A stretch of DNA of 64,000 bases, taken from contig CAWBKB010000003.1 in assembly GCA_963789265.1 (NCBI GenBank), forward strand, positions 1,097,988 through 1,161,987, written 5' to 3'. Below are positions 44,215-54,042 of the stretch, piece after piece. A program made the position numbers and the translations under genes. Within the stretch, counting starts at the first letter, position 1, and every line of letters starts with the position of its first letter. The notes under the pieces are model-generated. The model was not told where the DNA came from. It ran no database searches and saw only the letters and a program-made list of their open reading frames with translations. This DNA is from an uncultured delta proteobacterium. GTDB lineage: Bacteria > Desulfobacterota > Desulfomonilia > Desulfomonilales > Desulfomonilaceae.

Positions 44215-44450
44215 AGCTCCTCCTCACAGGCGGTGGCATCCGCGAGTTCTTTGAACAGATCGAGTCGAATTCTGGCTTCTTCCGCGTCCAGCACCTCTAT
44301 TCCGAAACCTGCGTGCACAATGAGATAGTCACCCAGCCTGGCTTGAGGAATCATCATGAGGCTGACACCGGTCCGGACGCCGCCCGCGTTCACCCTCCCT
44401 GTTCCTTCTCCGGTTATTTCAACGAGTTGCATAGGAACAGCCAAACACAT
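44211..44450 (-). CDS. hypC: hydrogenase chaperone HypC
   Basis: MCLAVP, VHAGF. Confidence 0.97.
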   Translation of the reverse strand: MCLAVPMQLVEITGEGTGRVNAGGVRTGVSLMMIPQARLGDYLIVHAGFGIEVLDAEEARIRLDLFKELADATACEEEL

Positions 44451-44512
44451 CTTTTTAACCTCTTTCACCGCGAGCTTACTTCCGACGGCCGAAGAACTGG
44501 AGACACGCTTCT

Positions 44513-46963
44513 CTATGCAGGGAAGCTTCCATCGGTCTTGCGACGCCTACGAAATCGGGCCCGGGCACATAACGCTTGGCCCAGCGCGATTCCACCGTCG
44601 TTGGGCGGGACGGCAGCGTGGAGCAGCACGTCAAGTCCGCGGCCCTTCAACAGTTCCACTGTCCGCTCTGTAAAAAGCTTGTTTTGGAAACAACCTCCGC
44701 TAAGACCTACGGTACTTATGCAGTTTTTTTCAACCAGAATTCCAATCCCGTTTGCCACCAGCCGAGCCATACTGTTATGAAACCGAGCTGCGACCACTGG
44801 GGGGCGGGTTCCACTGAGGATATCCCTGGCTACCTCCAGAATCAAGCCCCTAGAATCAGCCACGAGAATTTCGTCGTTGGAAAAACATATCGGGTATTCC
44901 CCAATTTCCTCTTTGTCTGCGATTCCTTCCAGCCACATCGCTGCCTGACCTTCGAATGTGACTGGCTTCCTGAATCCCGCAGCCGCTGCCGCAGCATCGA
45001 AGAGTCGGCCCGCGGAAGACGTGCGCGGCGAGTTCAGCCCTTTATTCACCGCCTCGATCCATATACGAACGCGATCGCCATATTCCCCCATCAGTGGGGA
45101 AAATTTCGACGGAATCTCATCCTTTTCTGCAAGGAGTGCGGCAAGTATGCGTACAGGCGCCCGAATTGCCGCCTCTCCGCCTGGAAGGTGAAACAGAGAC
45201 AGGTGGCCGGACCGACTGAACGTCTCCAAATCCGCGACGAGGAATTCACCGCCCCAGATGCCCGCGTCGCTTCCGTATCCGGTACCGTCAAAAACCGCAC
45301 AAATAATCGGGCCGGCAAGCCTGTGTTCAAGCAAAAGGCTCACCGCATGGGCATGATGATGGAATACCTCTTCAACCGGTACTCCCATTTCGCGGCCGAG
45401 GCTGTTGCTAAAGTATTCAGGGTGCGGATCAACGGCTACGATGTCAGGACTTGCTTCCAAGTAGTCGGTCAAGACTTTTGCGGATTGCTTGAAATACCCC
45501 TGAGCCACCGGCGAAGCCAGGTCCCCCACGTGAGGTCCGGGGACAGCCCGCCCCTTTTTGATGATTGCGAGCGAATTCTTCAAATCGCCGCCGGCTCCAA
45601 GTATTACAGGTTCCGCCGGCGAATCCAACAAACGGTCGGAAGTTTCACCGCCGTTTCTTTCCTCAGACGACGTTTCCAAAGCTTCCGGAGTAAGGATGAA
45701 CTCACCGGGCACAAGGCCCCGCGATCTCCGGAATGCGGTTGCCCGACCGGCAATGAACCGGAAAATAGAGTCGTCCGCCCTTAAGACTATATCACGGTCA
45801 TGCAGCAGAAACGCGTCGGCGAGATCCTTAAGTCGCTCCAGCGCCTCTTCGTTACCGCACGCTATCGGCTCTTCCGAGCGATTGCCGGAGGTCATTACCA
45901 GAACCTTGGGACGCGTATCAGTCGGTATGCCCGGATGTTTGAATAGGAGGTGATGGACGGGAGAATACGGGAGCACTATTCCGAGAGTACCGACAAAAGG
46001 AGCAACATTTGCGGCTGTCCGGAACAGGCCGGTCTGAAGCAGAACAATGGGCGAAATCGAAGACGTGAGAAGATTCTCTTCATCTTTTCCAAGGAAACAA
46101 TAGCTCCTCACGGTTTCCAGGTCCGGCATCATAACGGCAAAGGGCTTTTCAATGCGGCCTTTCCGTTGCCGCAATAGGTTCACCGCATCTTCATTCAGCG
46201 CATCACAGGCCAGATGAAATCCCCCAATTCCCTTGATTGCGACTGTCTTTCCTTCTTTGAGCAAAGCGGCAGTTTCCACGATGGGGTCCCTGTCAATCGC
46301 TATGCCGTCTCGATCAGTGAGGGTCAGCCGAGGGCCGCATTCCTGACATGAATTGGTTTGGGAATGAAAGCGCCGATCTTCCGGGGAATGGTACTCCAGT
46401 TCGCATCGCGGGCACATTGTAAAATCGGCCATGCTGGTGCGTTCGCGGTCATAAGGAAAAGCACGAACTACAGTGAAGCGCGGGCCGCAGAGTGTACATG
46501 TGATAAAAGGATAGAGATAACGTGGATTTTTAGGGTCGAACAACTCTTCCGCGCACTCGGGGCAAATCGCTACATCGGGCGGAATCGGTGTGATGGAACG
46601 CTCTCCCCCAAGGCTCGCCCTAATGCAGAAATGCTCTTCCCCGAGCGCGGGAGTGTCCTCCACTCGGGTTGTGTCGATCCGGCCCGGAAGGGGGATTTCC
46701 GAGGGAAGTTCTCGCACAAATCGGTCGCACTGTTCGGGAGATCCCTCGACTTCGATCCGAACCCCGGCAGAGGTATTGACCACCCATCCGACTAAATCCA
46801 GTCGTGTGGCGAGTCGGTAAACGGTGGGTCGGCAGCCGATACCTTGAAGTATCCCCGTTAGAGCAATGTGTTTGCGGACTTTGCCATCGGCAGCGCTTTT
46901 CTCAGAGTTGCAAATACTCATGGTCTGTATTGATTTCTCGCGGCTAGCGACCATCGTAGTCAA
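44513..46963 (-). CDS. hypF: carbamoyltransferase HypF
   Basis: Acylphosphatase domain, two Zn fingers, KGIGGFHL, HHHAH, DGTGYG, PPNDGGIALGQ; start uncertain. Confidence 0.97.
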   Translation of the reverse strand: MTTMVASREKSIQTMSICNSEKSAADGKVRKHIALTGILQGIGCRPTVYRLATRLDLVGWVVNTSAGVRIEVEGSPEQCDRFVRELPSEIPLPGRIDTTRVEDTPALGEEHFCIRASLGGERSITPIPPDVAICPECAEELFDPKNPRYLYPFITCTLCGPRFTVVRAFPYDRERTSMADFTMCPRCELEYHSPEDRRFHSQTNSCQECGPRLTLTDRDGIAIDRDPIVETAALLKEGKTVAIKGIGGFHLACDALNEDAVNLLRQRKGRIEKPFAVMMPDLETVRSYCFLGKDEENLLTSSISPIVLLQTGLFRTAANVAPFVGTLGIVLPYSPVHHLLFKHPGIPTDTRPKVLVMTSGNRSEEPIACGNEEALERLKDLADAFLLHDRDIVLRADDSIFRFIAGRATAFRRSRGLVPGEFILTPEALETSSEERNGGETSDRLLDSPAEPVILGAGGDLKNSLAIIKKGRAVPGPHVGDLASPVAQGYFKQSAKVLTDYLEASPDIVAVDPHPEYFSNSLGREMGVPVEEVFHHHAHAVSLLLEHRLAGPIICAVFDGTGYGSDAGIWGGEFLVADLETFSRSGHLSLFHLPGGEAAIRAPVRILAALLAEKDEIPSKFSPLMGEYGDRVRIWIEAVNKGLNSPRTSSAGRLFDAAAAAAGFRKPVTFEGQAAMWLEGIADKEEIGEYPICFSNDEILVADSRGLILEVARDILSGTRPPVVAARFHNSMARLVANGIGILVEKNCISTVGLSGGCFQNKLFTERTVELLKGRGLDVLLHAAVPPNDGGIALGQALCARARFRRRRKTDGSFPA

Positions 46964-47036
46964 TAGCTTAGCGATTTTGGCTTACGAATGGAAGGGAGAA
47001 TAATTGCTATCCTGGGACTTCTTTGAATGCAAACTG

Positions 47037-47414
47037 CTACAGCATCGTGTCCTTAAGTTGGCCACTGTCATATAAAGCCTTCAAATCAAAAGCTGGAGTC
47101 GAAGCCGAGATGTAGATCAGCTTCTCACTGCCCGTGTTTTCGATGGTATGAACTGTATTGCCGGGTATGTGCACAAGATCTCCGGGCTGAACCTCGGCAG
47201 TTTCGGTCCCGACTCTCATAAGGCCGTTGCCGCGAATAATGATGTACACTTGTTCGGGTGCGTGCGAATGAGGCTGCTGGGAAGAGCCCGGGTCGACTTC
47301 AACCCAGGTGACAGCCAATTTGTTTGTCGGCGTATCTCCCGCCTGCAACAGAATGTGTGACGCCAAGCCGGGACGGTCACGGTTCGGTGCTGTTGCAATG
47401 GTTGCCTTGTGCAT
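47037..47414 (-). CDS. cupin domain protein
   Basis: PHSH..EQ.Y, GD..HIP....H. Confidence 0.88.
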   Translation of the reverse strand: MHKATIATAPNRDRPGLASHILLQAGDTPTNKLAVTWVEVDPGSSQQPHSHAPEQVYIIIRGNGLMRVGTETAEVQPGDLVHIPGNTVHTIENTGSEKLIYISASTPAFDLKALYDSGQLKDTML

Positions 47415-47564
47415 GTTCTTCCTGCCTAACATATAATTTTGCGTGGGTGCATTCTCGACAGAGCTGTCCGAAGACTGGTTTCATGAACGGGCAGGCGTAG
47501 CCCTACCCAGGCACGGTTCTCAATCAACCATCACTCGAAGCATGATTGATCGGTGGTTATCTCC

Positions 47565-47783
47565 TCATGCAATCTGATAGATGACCGGACGGTAGCGAGG
47601 TTCGGGGACAGGCTTCCCATGCTCGCGTGCTGCCTCCAGCCATGCCTCTTTCGCCTTGAGCACTTCCCGCAAGGCCTCTTCCGGAGTTCCTCCGAAAGCA
47701 GCACAATGGCTCAAGTCCGGTATGTCTGCAATGTAACCTTCATCATCTTCGCTGTAGAACAGGTTAATGTGATAGTCCTTCAT
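47565..47783 (-). CDS. hicB: HicB family antitoxin (short, orphan)
   Basis: YIADIPDL..C.AFG.T.EEAL...PVPEP. Confidence 0.85.
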   Translation of the reverse strand: MKDYHINLFYSEDDEGYIADIPDLSHCAAFGGTPEEALREVLKAKEAWLEAAREHGKPVPEPRYRPVIYQIA

Positions 47784-47901
47784 GCCTTATTTTCCAATTG
47801 AGACACTTTCAATGCAGTGCCTTGGGGCGCAGGGAAGAAAGCCAGGAGAGTACAACCGGAGGTTCTGAGTCGGCCGAAGCACTCAGGCCTGCGGCCATTG
47901 T

Positions 47902-48216
47902 TCAGCCAACAGAGGCCGGTGCGTACTGCCTAATTGTCTTGAGAGCTTCCCGCTCTGACTGTTGCGCGCGATAAAGATCCCACCGTAACTGGATATTCAT
48001 CCAGAAGTCGGCAGACGTACCAAAGAATTTCGCCAGGCGCAGGGCCGTCGCAGGCGTAATTCCGCGACGTCCATTGATAATTTCATTGATCCGTTGATAC
48101 GGGACATGAATGGCGTCGGCGAGTTCACTCTGCTTAAGCCCTATAGGCTCGAGGAACTCTTCGAGGAGCATCTCACCCGGATGAGTGGGCGAACGGTCTG
48201 TTGGGACGCGAATCAT
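47902..48216 (-). CDS. higA: HigA/VapI family antitoxin (orphan)
   Basis: PTHPGEML.EEFL, HTH, TALRLAKFFGTSADFWMN.Q. Confidence 0.92.
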   Translation of the reverse strand: MIRVPTDRSPTHPGEMLLEEFLEPIGLKQSELADAIHVPYQRINEIINGRRGITPATALRLAKFFGTSADFWMNIQLRWDLYRAQQSEREALKTIRQYAPASVG

Positions 48217-48400
48217 TTTGTTGTCCTTCGATCAAACCAGTAATAATCCGCAATCTGTATTTTTTCAAATGGTAACTAGCAGAATCGGCATCTTCCACTT
48301 GAGACGCGATTTGATATGCGATTCGGCTCGCTGATACACTGCGGCTCTACTGACAATCCGGCCCAATCAATTATCAATTAGTCCTGAATAGAGCCCAGAA

Positions 48401-48730
48401 TCATGTTTGAGGCTCCCGATGGCCCAGATAAATAAGCTTCTTTTCGATGGCATCTTCCAGCTTCTTTTCCCATTCCGTCCATTGCCTTCTCAGGGCTTCC
48501 AACTGCCCGTAGAGTTCGGTCCACTCCGACGTTTGTGCCACCTGGTTATGAATCCCCCTGAGTTTATCCGCGATAGGACGAACCTCTTCCTTAATTCCCC
48601 TCATGCGCGCCAGAATAGACTCTTCCTCGCATGTGAGCACCTCGTTCGGCGAACAGCCGGTGCATGCCCCACCTTTCGGGTCCGGGAACGGATCGCAACC
48701 ACAGCCGGAAATGCTTGTTTGGTCGGCCAT
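48401..48730 (-). CDS. hypothetical protein, Cys-rich N-terminus plus coiled coil
   Basis: AAGGAGGTGA RBS; CGC...CTGC...C then heptad-rich helix. Confidence 0.7.
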   Translation of the reverse strand: MADQTSISGCGCDPFPDPKGGACTGCSPNEVLTCEEESILARMRGIKEEVRPIADKLRGIHNQVAQTSEWTELYGQLEALRRQWTEWEKKLEDAIEKKLIYLGHREPQT

Positions 48731-48859
48731 AGCAATCACCTCCTTGGAATCTTTGGTAATCACTTAATCATCTTCTACGTTGGAGTCAAAGGCGGAGCGT
48801 AGACACGCGCCTTAACCCCGCAGTTGTCCGACATGATCCACAAAGAGGCCTAATCTCGA

Positions 48860-49126
48860 TCAGTACCGACCTAACATATGGTCAAGCAGCGTGTTGGCAA
48901 TCTCGTGAAAAATAACCCGGTAGCCACCGGGCCAGGTGTGACGGATAGGCGGAGGAGGAACATAACCGTAGAACATCTCTTGCTGGGTCCTGGAGTGGGG
49001 AACGCCATGTGCCGGGCTCGCTGTCGCAGGCGCGGCAGGAAAATTGCCCCCGCGTGAGGCGGCCAGGGCCATACCAGAAAAACAGAAAATCAGGAGAAAT
49101 ATTAACAAGAACCTGCGCATTTCCAC
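48860..49126 (-). CDS. hypothetical exported protein
   Basis: Signal peptide ending ALA; Pro-rich. Confidence 0.6.
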   Translation of the reverse strand: MEMRRFLLIFLLIFCFSGMALAASRGGNFPAAPATASPAHGVPHSRTQQEMFYGYVPPPPIRHTWPGGYRVIFHEIANTLLDHMLGRY

Positions 49127-49271
49127 CTCTACGGGGGCATTTTAGCTCCGCTCGAAGAAAAAAGCAATTTCAAAACAAAACCAACTTGCTTCATTTTTGT
49201 CTTGATATAGAGATTAGCTTCATTACAACGGCTTATTCTTCTCTATTGTAAAGGTAGAGGCGGAGGTGAAC

Positions 49272-50400
49272 ATGACAAAGTTGGTTGCCATACTAGGCTT
49301 GGCTCTCATCTTCGTCGTTTTGTGGGACGCCTTCGAGACTATCGTTCTTCCGCGAAGAGTTACACGCCGGATTCGACTCACGCGCTTCTACTATCGTTAC
49401 ACCTGGTTGCTTTATTCTGCGCTGGCTTCTTCATTAAGGTCAGGAGAGCGCCAGGAAGCATATTTAAGCTATTACGGTCCTCTTTCGCTTCTGGGGCTCG
49501 TAGGGCTTTGGGCGGTAGTTCTACTGATCGGTTTTTCGTTTCTGTATTCGGCAGCCAGCCACGGGCTAAATGCTCCAGGGGGCGCGCCGAGCTTTCTAAC
49601 AAGCTTGTATCTCAGCGGCACCACGTTCTTTACGCTCGGCTTGGGCGATATTACTCCTCGGACTCCTATCGCCAGAGCCTTGGTTGTTCTTGAAGCCGGA
49701 ATAGGGCTTGCCTTTCTCGCGCTGATAATCGGGTACATCCCCTCTCTCAGCCAATCGTTTTCCCGCCGAGAAGTGAGTATCTCGCTTCTTGATTCGCGCG
49801 CAGGCTCGCCCCCCACGGCAGCCGAAATGCTGCTACGACACAGAGACGCCTACGGAATGGAGGCTCTGCAACAGCTTCTTCGCGATTGGGAACTCTGGTC
49901 CGCGGAATTCCTTGAGATTCACTTATCCTATACAGTACTCGCTTATTTTCGTTTCTCAGCACGAGAACCAATCGTGGCTTGCTTCGCTCGCAACAATTCT
50001 TGATACAAGCGCATTGGTGATGGTTGGGGTGGAAGGAGGATGCCGACTTCAAGCCGAGCGGACTTTTGCCATGGCACGCCACGCTGTGGTGGATCTAGCA
50101 ATCGTGTTCTATAGTCCTCCGCGTGAGCCCGAACGTGATCGGCTCTCAGCGGCGACCCTTTTACATTTACGCTCTGTCTTGGCTGCTGCAGGTGTAAGGC
50201 TCCGTGAAGGACCGGAAGCCGATCAAAAGCTGGGAGAGCTTCGTAAAATGTACGAGCCTTACATTTATTCCCTATCCAAGTATCTGCGCGTAGCCCTCCC
50301 CCCTTGGATATTCGAATCCAGCCACGCTGACAATTGGCAGACTAGCGCCTGGCGACAGCCATCCGGGCGGGTAGGTTCATCTGAGGCGAAGCATTTCTAA
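49272..50400 (+). CDS. potassium-channel-family (Ion_trans_2) membrane protein; +1 frameshift at 49952-49954
   Basis: Pore motif TFFTLGLGD; repaired LAYFRSQHENQSWL joins two ORFs. Confidence 0.82.
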
Positions 50401-50422
50401 TGTCTGCGCCTTGTCAAGAGGC

Positions 50423-51085
50423 TCAGCGAATGACCTTGAAGGTACGGTTCCATCGAACGAAATGGAAACCTGCTCCGGAATAGTAGATTAGGAACGCCTC
50501 CCCTTTGACATCCTTCACGGGAACGAATCCCCAAAAGCGGCTGTCCTGACTGAAGTCTCTGTTGTCGCCCATAACGAAAAGATGATCTGGGGGAACAATC
50601 AAGGGCTTCATATTATCGCGCGGATTCATATCTCCGGGCATAACCACATTGCTGTAGTAGTGAGCGTGTGGATTGTTGACTTCCTTGCCGTTCAGAATAA
50701 CTTTCTTGTTTCGAATCTCTATTGTGTCACCCGGGATCCCCACCACACGCTTGATAAAGTCTTTGGTCCGATCTCCCGGGAACACAAACACAATCACATC
50801 GCCACGTCGAGGCTTAACGAACTCAGGCCAGCGCTTATTTGTGAAGGGAATGCGAATACCGTAGACAAATTTGTTCACGAGAATATGGTCGCCGACGAGC
50901 AGAGTGGGTATCATCGAGCCCGAAGGGATTTTGAACGCCTGAACAAACAAGGCTCTAATAATGATCGCCAGAATCACCGCCACAACAAGCGCTTCTGAAT
51001 ATTCTTGAAATATGTTGCGGTTTGATTTCTTGTGTATTCCGGCCTGCTTGTCTGCCGTCACGTTCTTCTCTTTTTGCTTGACCAT
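50423..51085 (-). CDS. lepB: signal peptidase I
   Basis: IPSGSM, FIKRVVG, MGDNRD.S.DSR. Confidence 0.96.
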   Translation of the reverse strand: MVKQKEKNVTADKQAGIHKKSNRNIFQEYSEALVVAVILAIIIRALFVQAFKIPSGSMIPTLLVGDHILVNKFVYGIRIPFTNKRWPEFVKPRRGDVIVFVFPGDRTKDFIKRVVGIPGDTIEIRNKKVILNGKEVNNPHAHYYSNVVMPGDMNPRDNMKPLIVPPDHLFVMGDNRDFSQDSRFWGFVPVKDVKGEAFLIYYSGAGFHFVRWNRTFKVIR

Positions 51086-51387
51086 TGTACCGCCAAAAAA
51101 ATATTTCACTGCAAAGCTGCCCGCTGTTTCGTTGAGGGCTGTGCAACAACGCTCTGAAAGCCAATTCTAAACGCGCAGTCACAACGCGTGGACTAACGGC
51201 GCGAGGAAACTTTATAAAACATCACTGATTGCATGTAAAGGGGCTTCTAACTCTTGAGGTAATCCGTCACTTGTGGGCAGCAAAAGATTGTCGTAGCGAG
51301 TCCCACTTTCCGGGGGAAAGAAATTTTCGGCAGGATAGGGGTTGCGCCAATCAATTTTGTACGACCGGCAAAATACCGGCCCCAGTC

Positions 51388-51615
51388 AAGAAAAAATGAA
51401 ACCGGTGGGGAGGATGCCCGGCACCCTCACCCGCCGGTTCGCCGGTTTGAAGGCCCCTCCCTCCCCCGAGGTTGAGGCCGGGCCCTTCCCTACCACTAGA
51501 GGATCGGTGAGTCAAGTCAGTTCTGGAAAAATTAGCCATGAACCGCGACGTAGTTTTGCAAAAGGAGGTGATTCACCGGCCGGACCGGTTCCTTGCAGCT
51601 CCGGGGTTAGAGCAT
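51388..51615. ncRNA. candidate structured RNA / attenuator between LysR and lepB
   Basis: Long GC stem 51404-51494, UUCG hairpin, C-rich loop; minus-strand hairpin plus U-tract at 51388-51437; AAGGAGGTGA with no start codon. Confidence 0.4.
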
Positions 51616-51751
51616 TCGATATTTTTCATGAATCAGAAAATGACTTAAGACTTATCTTCGACCGTGCCCGGATAGGTGCCTCATCGTAAATGAGTCAAAC
51701 TCTATCTGGCTCCATAGCAATGAGGCCGCTCGCTTCACCGTATTCATACTT

Positions 51752-52639
51752 TCAACTGCTACGGAGATGGGCAAGAAAAGCAACGCCAAGAGGGGATATC
51801 TGACGGTTTTTACGCTGAATCAAATACAACGGTCTCAAGAAAGAAATCGCTTCAATCTCTACGGCCACCAGGGAGCCCTGCTGAAAGTCTTCGGCTACTG
51901 CTTCACGAGAAATAATTGACGCCCCAATACGGGCCTTGATTCCTTGTCGGACCGCTTCGGTGCTACCCATCTCGGCGGAAACCACGAGACGGGAAATGTC
52001 CATTCCATGCTCCTCGAGAATGCGGCTCATAACCATGCGGGTGCCCGATCCTCTCTCTCTAAGTATAAATGGTTGTTTGGACAATTCGGCCACGCGGATC
52101 TTGCGCTTCTCTGCCCAGGGATGGTTTGGGACAACAGCCAAGACCAGTTCATCCAAGCAAACTTCTTCGGTGATAAGCCTGCGGTCATTTGACTTAGAGC
52201 CTACCATGCCCGTCTCCAGGTTGCCTTCGAGGACCTCTTCCACGATCTGAGCAGTATCCGCGATCCGCAGCAATATTTGGATTGCCGGGTGCGCGGACTT
52301 GAACGAGCCTATGACTCTGGGAAGTATATACGTACCGGGTATGGTGCTCGCCCCAAGAACCAATTTCCCAGAGAGATTCCCCTTGAACTGACTTAGGGCT
52401 TGGACTGCTTCCTCTCGCATTTGGAGGATATTTCGCGCATACTGGTAGAAGACCTTCCCCGCCGGTGTCGGAAGGACTTCCCGGCCGAGGCGGTCCACCA
52501 GCTTTTCACCGAGCATTTCCTCTAGAGTGCGAAGATGTTCGCTCACCGTAGGTTGAGCCAGAAGTAGTGCCTCACCTGCCTTGGTGAAGCTTTTAAATTC
52601 GACTACCTTGCAGAAAACTTCCAGGCGACGCATGTCCAT
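51752..52639 (-). CDS. LysR family regulator (CysL-like / selenium-metabolism-associated type)
   Basis: SFTKAGEAL.LAQPTVSEH HTH, GASTIPGTYILP, RERGSGTR, GSTEAV; subfamily call from recall. Confidence 0.88.
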   Translation of the reverse strand: MDMRRLEVFCKVVEFKSFTKAGEALLLAQPTVSEHLRTLEEMLGEKLVDRLGREVLPTPAGKVFYQYARNILQMREEAVQALSQFKGNLSGKLVLGASTIPGTYILPRVIGSFKSAHPAIQILLRIADTAQIVEEVLEGNLETGMVGSKSNDRRLITEEVCLDELVLAVVPNHPWAEKRKIRVAELSKQPFILRERGSGTRMVMSRILEEHGMDISRLVVSAEMGSTEAVRQGIKARIGASIISREAVAEDFQQGSLVAVEIEAISFLRPLYLIQRKNRQISPLGVAFLAHLRSS

Positions 52640-52758
52640 GGTTGCCCATCCAGATCTTGCTGAGTTCAGTAATATCTTGGTATTTGATAAAGTCAAGTGA
52701 GTGAAATTGCGGAATCGAACCTTTACTCTAACAGAAATACACGTCCAAGGAGTTCCGG

Positions 52759-53682
52759 ATGCCACCTGTTGAAATCATGGAGGACCTGTTTTTTATCCAG
52801 AGAGGATACCTGAACGGCAATCATTTTGTATACAGGTCTGAACGTCCAATTCTCATTGATACGGGATACGTATCGGACTTTCACACAACCGCGGCACTCA
52901 TTAAGAGCTTGGGGCTTGACCTTTCCCGCACTCGAATGATTGTCAGCACGCATTGTCATTGCGACCACATAGGCGGCAACAAGATCATACAGGAAGAGGC
53001 TTCCTGCGAGATTGCAATGCATAAGATCGGCAAACACTTCATTGATGTTCGAGACGATTGGTCCACGTGGTGGAAATACTATCATCAGTCAGCCGATTTT
53101 TTTGTTTGTACCACTGCCTTGGAGGACGGCGCAAAAATATCTATAGGCCCGCATGAATTTGAGGTGATCTATACCCCCGGCCATTCCTCGGATGGAATAG
53201 TGCTCTATAGCGCCAAAGATAAAGTCTTGATATCGTCAGACACTCTCTGGGAAAACGACCTGGCCGTCATAACTATCCGCGTAGAAGGCAGCAAGGCCTG
53301 TTTTTCTATGATTGAATCTCTTGAGAAACTGGAAAAGCTGGAGGTCAAGATGGTTTATCCCGGGCACGGGCGGCCTTTCACCAATATGCAAGAGGCAATA
53401 TCAATGGCAAAGCGAAGGCTGAACGGGTTCCTTGCCGATCCCAAACGCATCGGGAAGGACCTCATAAAGAAAATCATCATTTACACTCTGATGATGAGAG
53501 ACCGAGTGGACGAGGATTCATTCTTTGACGACTTGATGCAAACTCACTGGTTCAAAGAAACTGTGGAACTCTATTTCAACGGGAGTTATCGCTCCAAGTA
53601 CGACGAAATAATGAAAAGCTTCTTCCAGCGCGGTATTGTCAAGAGCACAGATGGGAAGCTATATACTACGGTGAGGCGCTGA
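52759..53682 (+). CDS. MBL-fold metallo-hydrolase
   Basis: THCHCDHIGG, TPGHS, D, PGHG. Confidence 0.9.
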   Translation: MPPVEIMEDLFFIQRGYLNGNHFVYRSERPILIDTGYVSDFHTTAALIKSLGLDLSRTRMIVSTHCHCDHIGGNKIIQEEASCEIAMHKIGKHFIDVRDDWSTWWKYYHQSADFFVCTTALEDGAKISIGPHEFEVIYTPGHSSDGIVLYSAKDKVLISSDTLWENDLAVITIRVEGSKACFSMIESLEKLEKLEVKMVYPGHGRPFTNMQEAISMAKRRLNGFLADPKRIGKDLIKKIIIYTLMMRDRVDEDSFFDDLMQTHWFKETVELYFNGSYRSKYDEIMKSFFQRGIVKSTDGKLYTTVRR

Positions 53683-53738
53683 AAGAGGGTTGCGTGCTTC
53701 CTAGGCTTTGGGCAGGAACGCATTCCATTCGACAGAGT

Positions 53739-54038
53739 CTAAAACATCTTCATGTCTCGTTCACTCCGCCAAACTCGGACAATACGCACACAACGTTTGT
53801 CAATGCGATAAACTATACGAAAGGGCGGATGTATAATCTCCCGTAAATTAACGTTTCCGAACTCGGGCACAATCCGGCCGCGCTCGGGAAAGGAGGCAAG
53901 CCTTTCCACTGCTGAAAAAATCTCCTCCACCAACCGCTCACCTACTTCGGGAATCTGCTGCTCAGCGTACCAGGTGCGGATAGCCTCAAGATCTTGCACC
54001 GCCGAGACAGCAAAGGTGATTCTGTATTTTCTGGGCAC
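53739..54038 (-). CDS. RelE/ParE family toxin
   Basis: A..DL..I..., FPERGRIVPE, FRIVYRI; downstream of Phd antitoxin. Confidence 0.88.
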   Translation of the reverse strand: MPRKYRITFAVSAVQDLEAIRTWYAEQQIPEVGERLVEEIFSAVERLASFPERGRIVPEFGNVNLREIIHPPFRIVYRIDKRCVRIVRVWRSERDMKMF

Positions 54039-54042
54039 CTAT

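Noticed and set aside
44576..45784. 402-aa + strand ORF and other long antisense ORFs (e.g. 26589-27269, 22969-23625)
   Set aside because: Shadow frames of well-supported genes on the opposite strand, with no motifs
51416..51490. HDV-like ribozyme (7-bp gcccggc/gccgggc P1, C-rich loop)
   Set aside because: P3/L3 not adjacent to P1 3' strand and required GG after P1 is absent
51420..51495. tRNA-Sec (minus strand contains CTTCAAA, next to a Se-type LysR)
   Set aside because: No anticodon stem around CTTCAAA, no GTTCGA T-loop, no cloverleaf
51559..51605. 16S rRNA gene fragment
   Set aside because: Similarity limited to about 12 nt of the anti-SD tail; no other rRNA sequence
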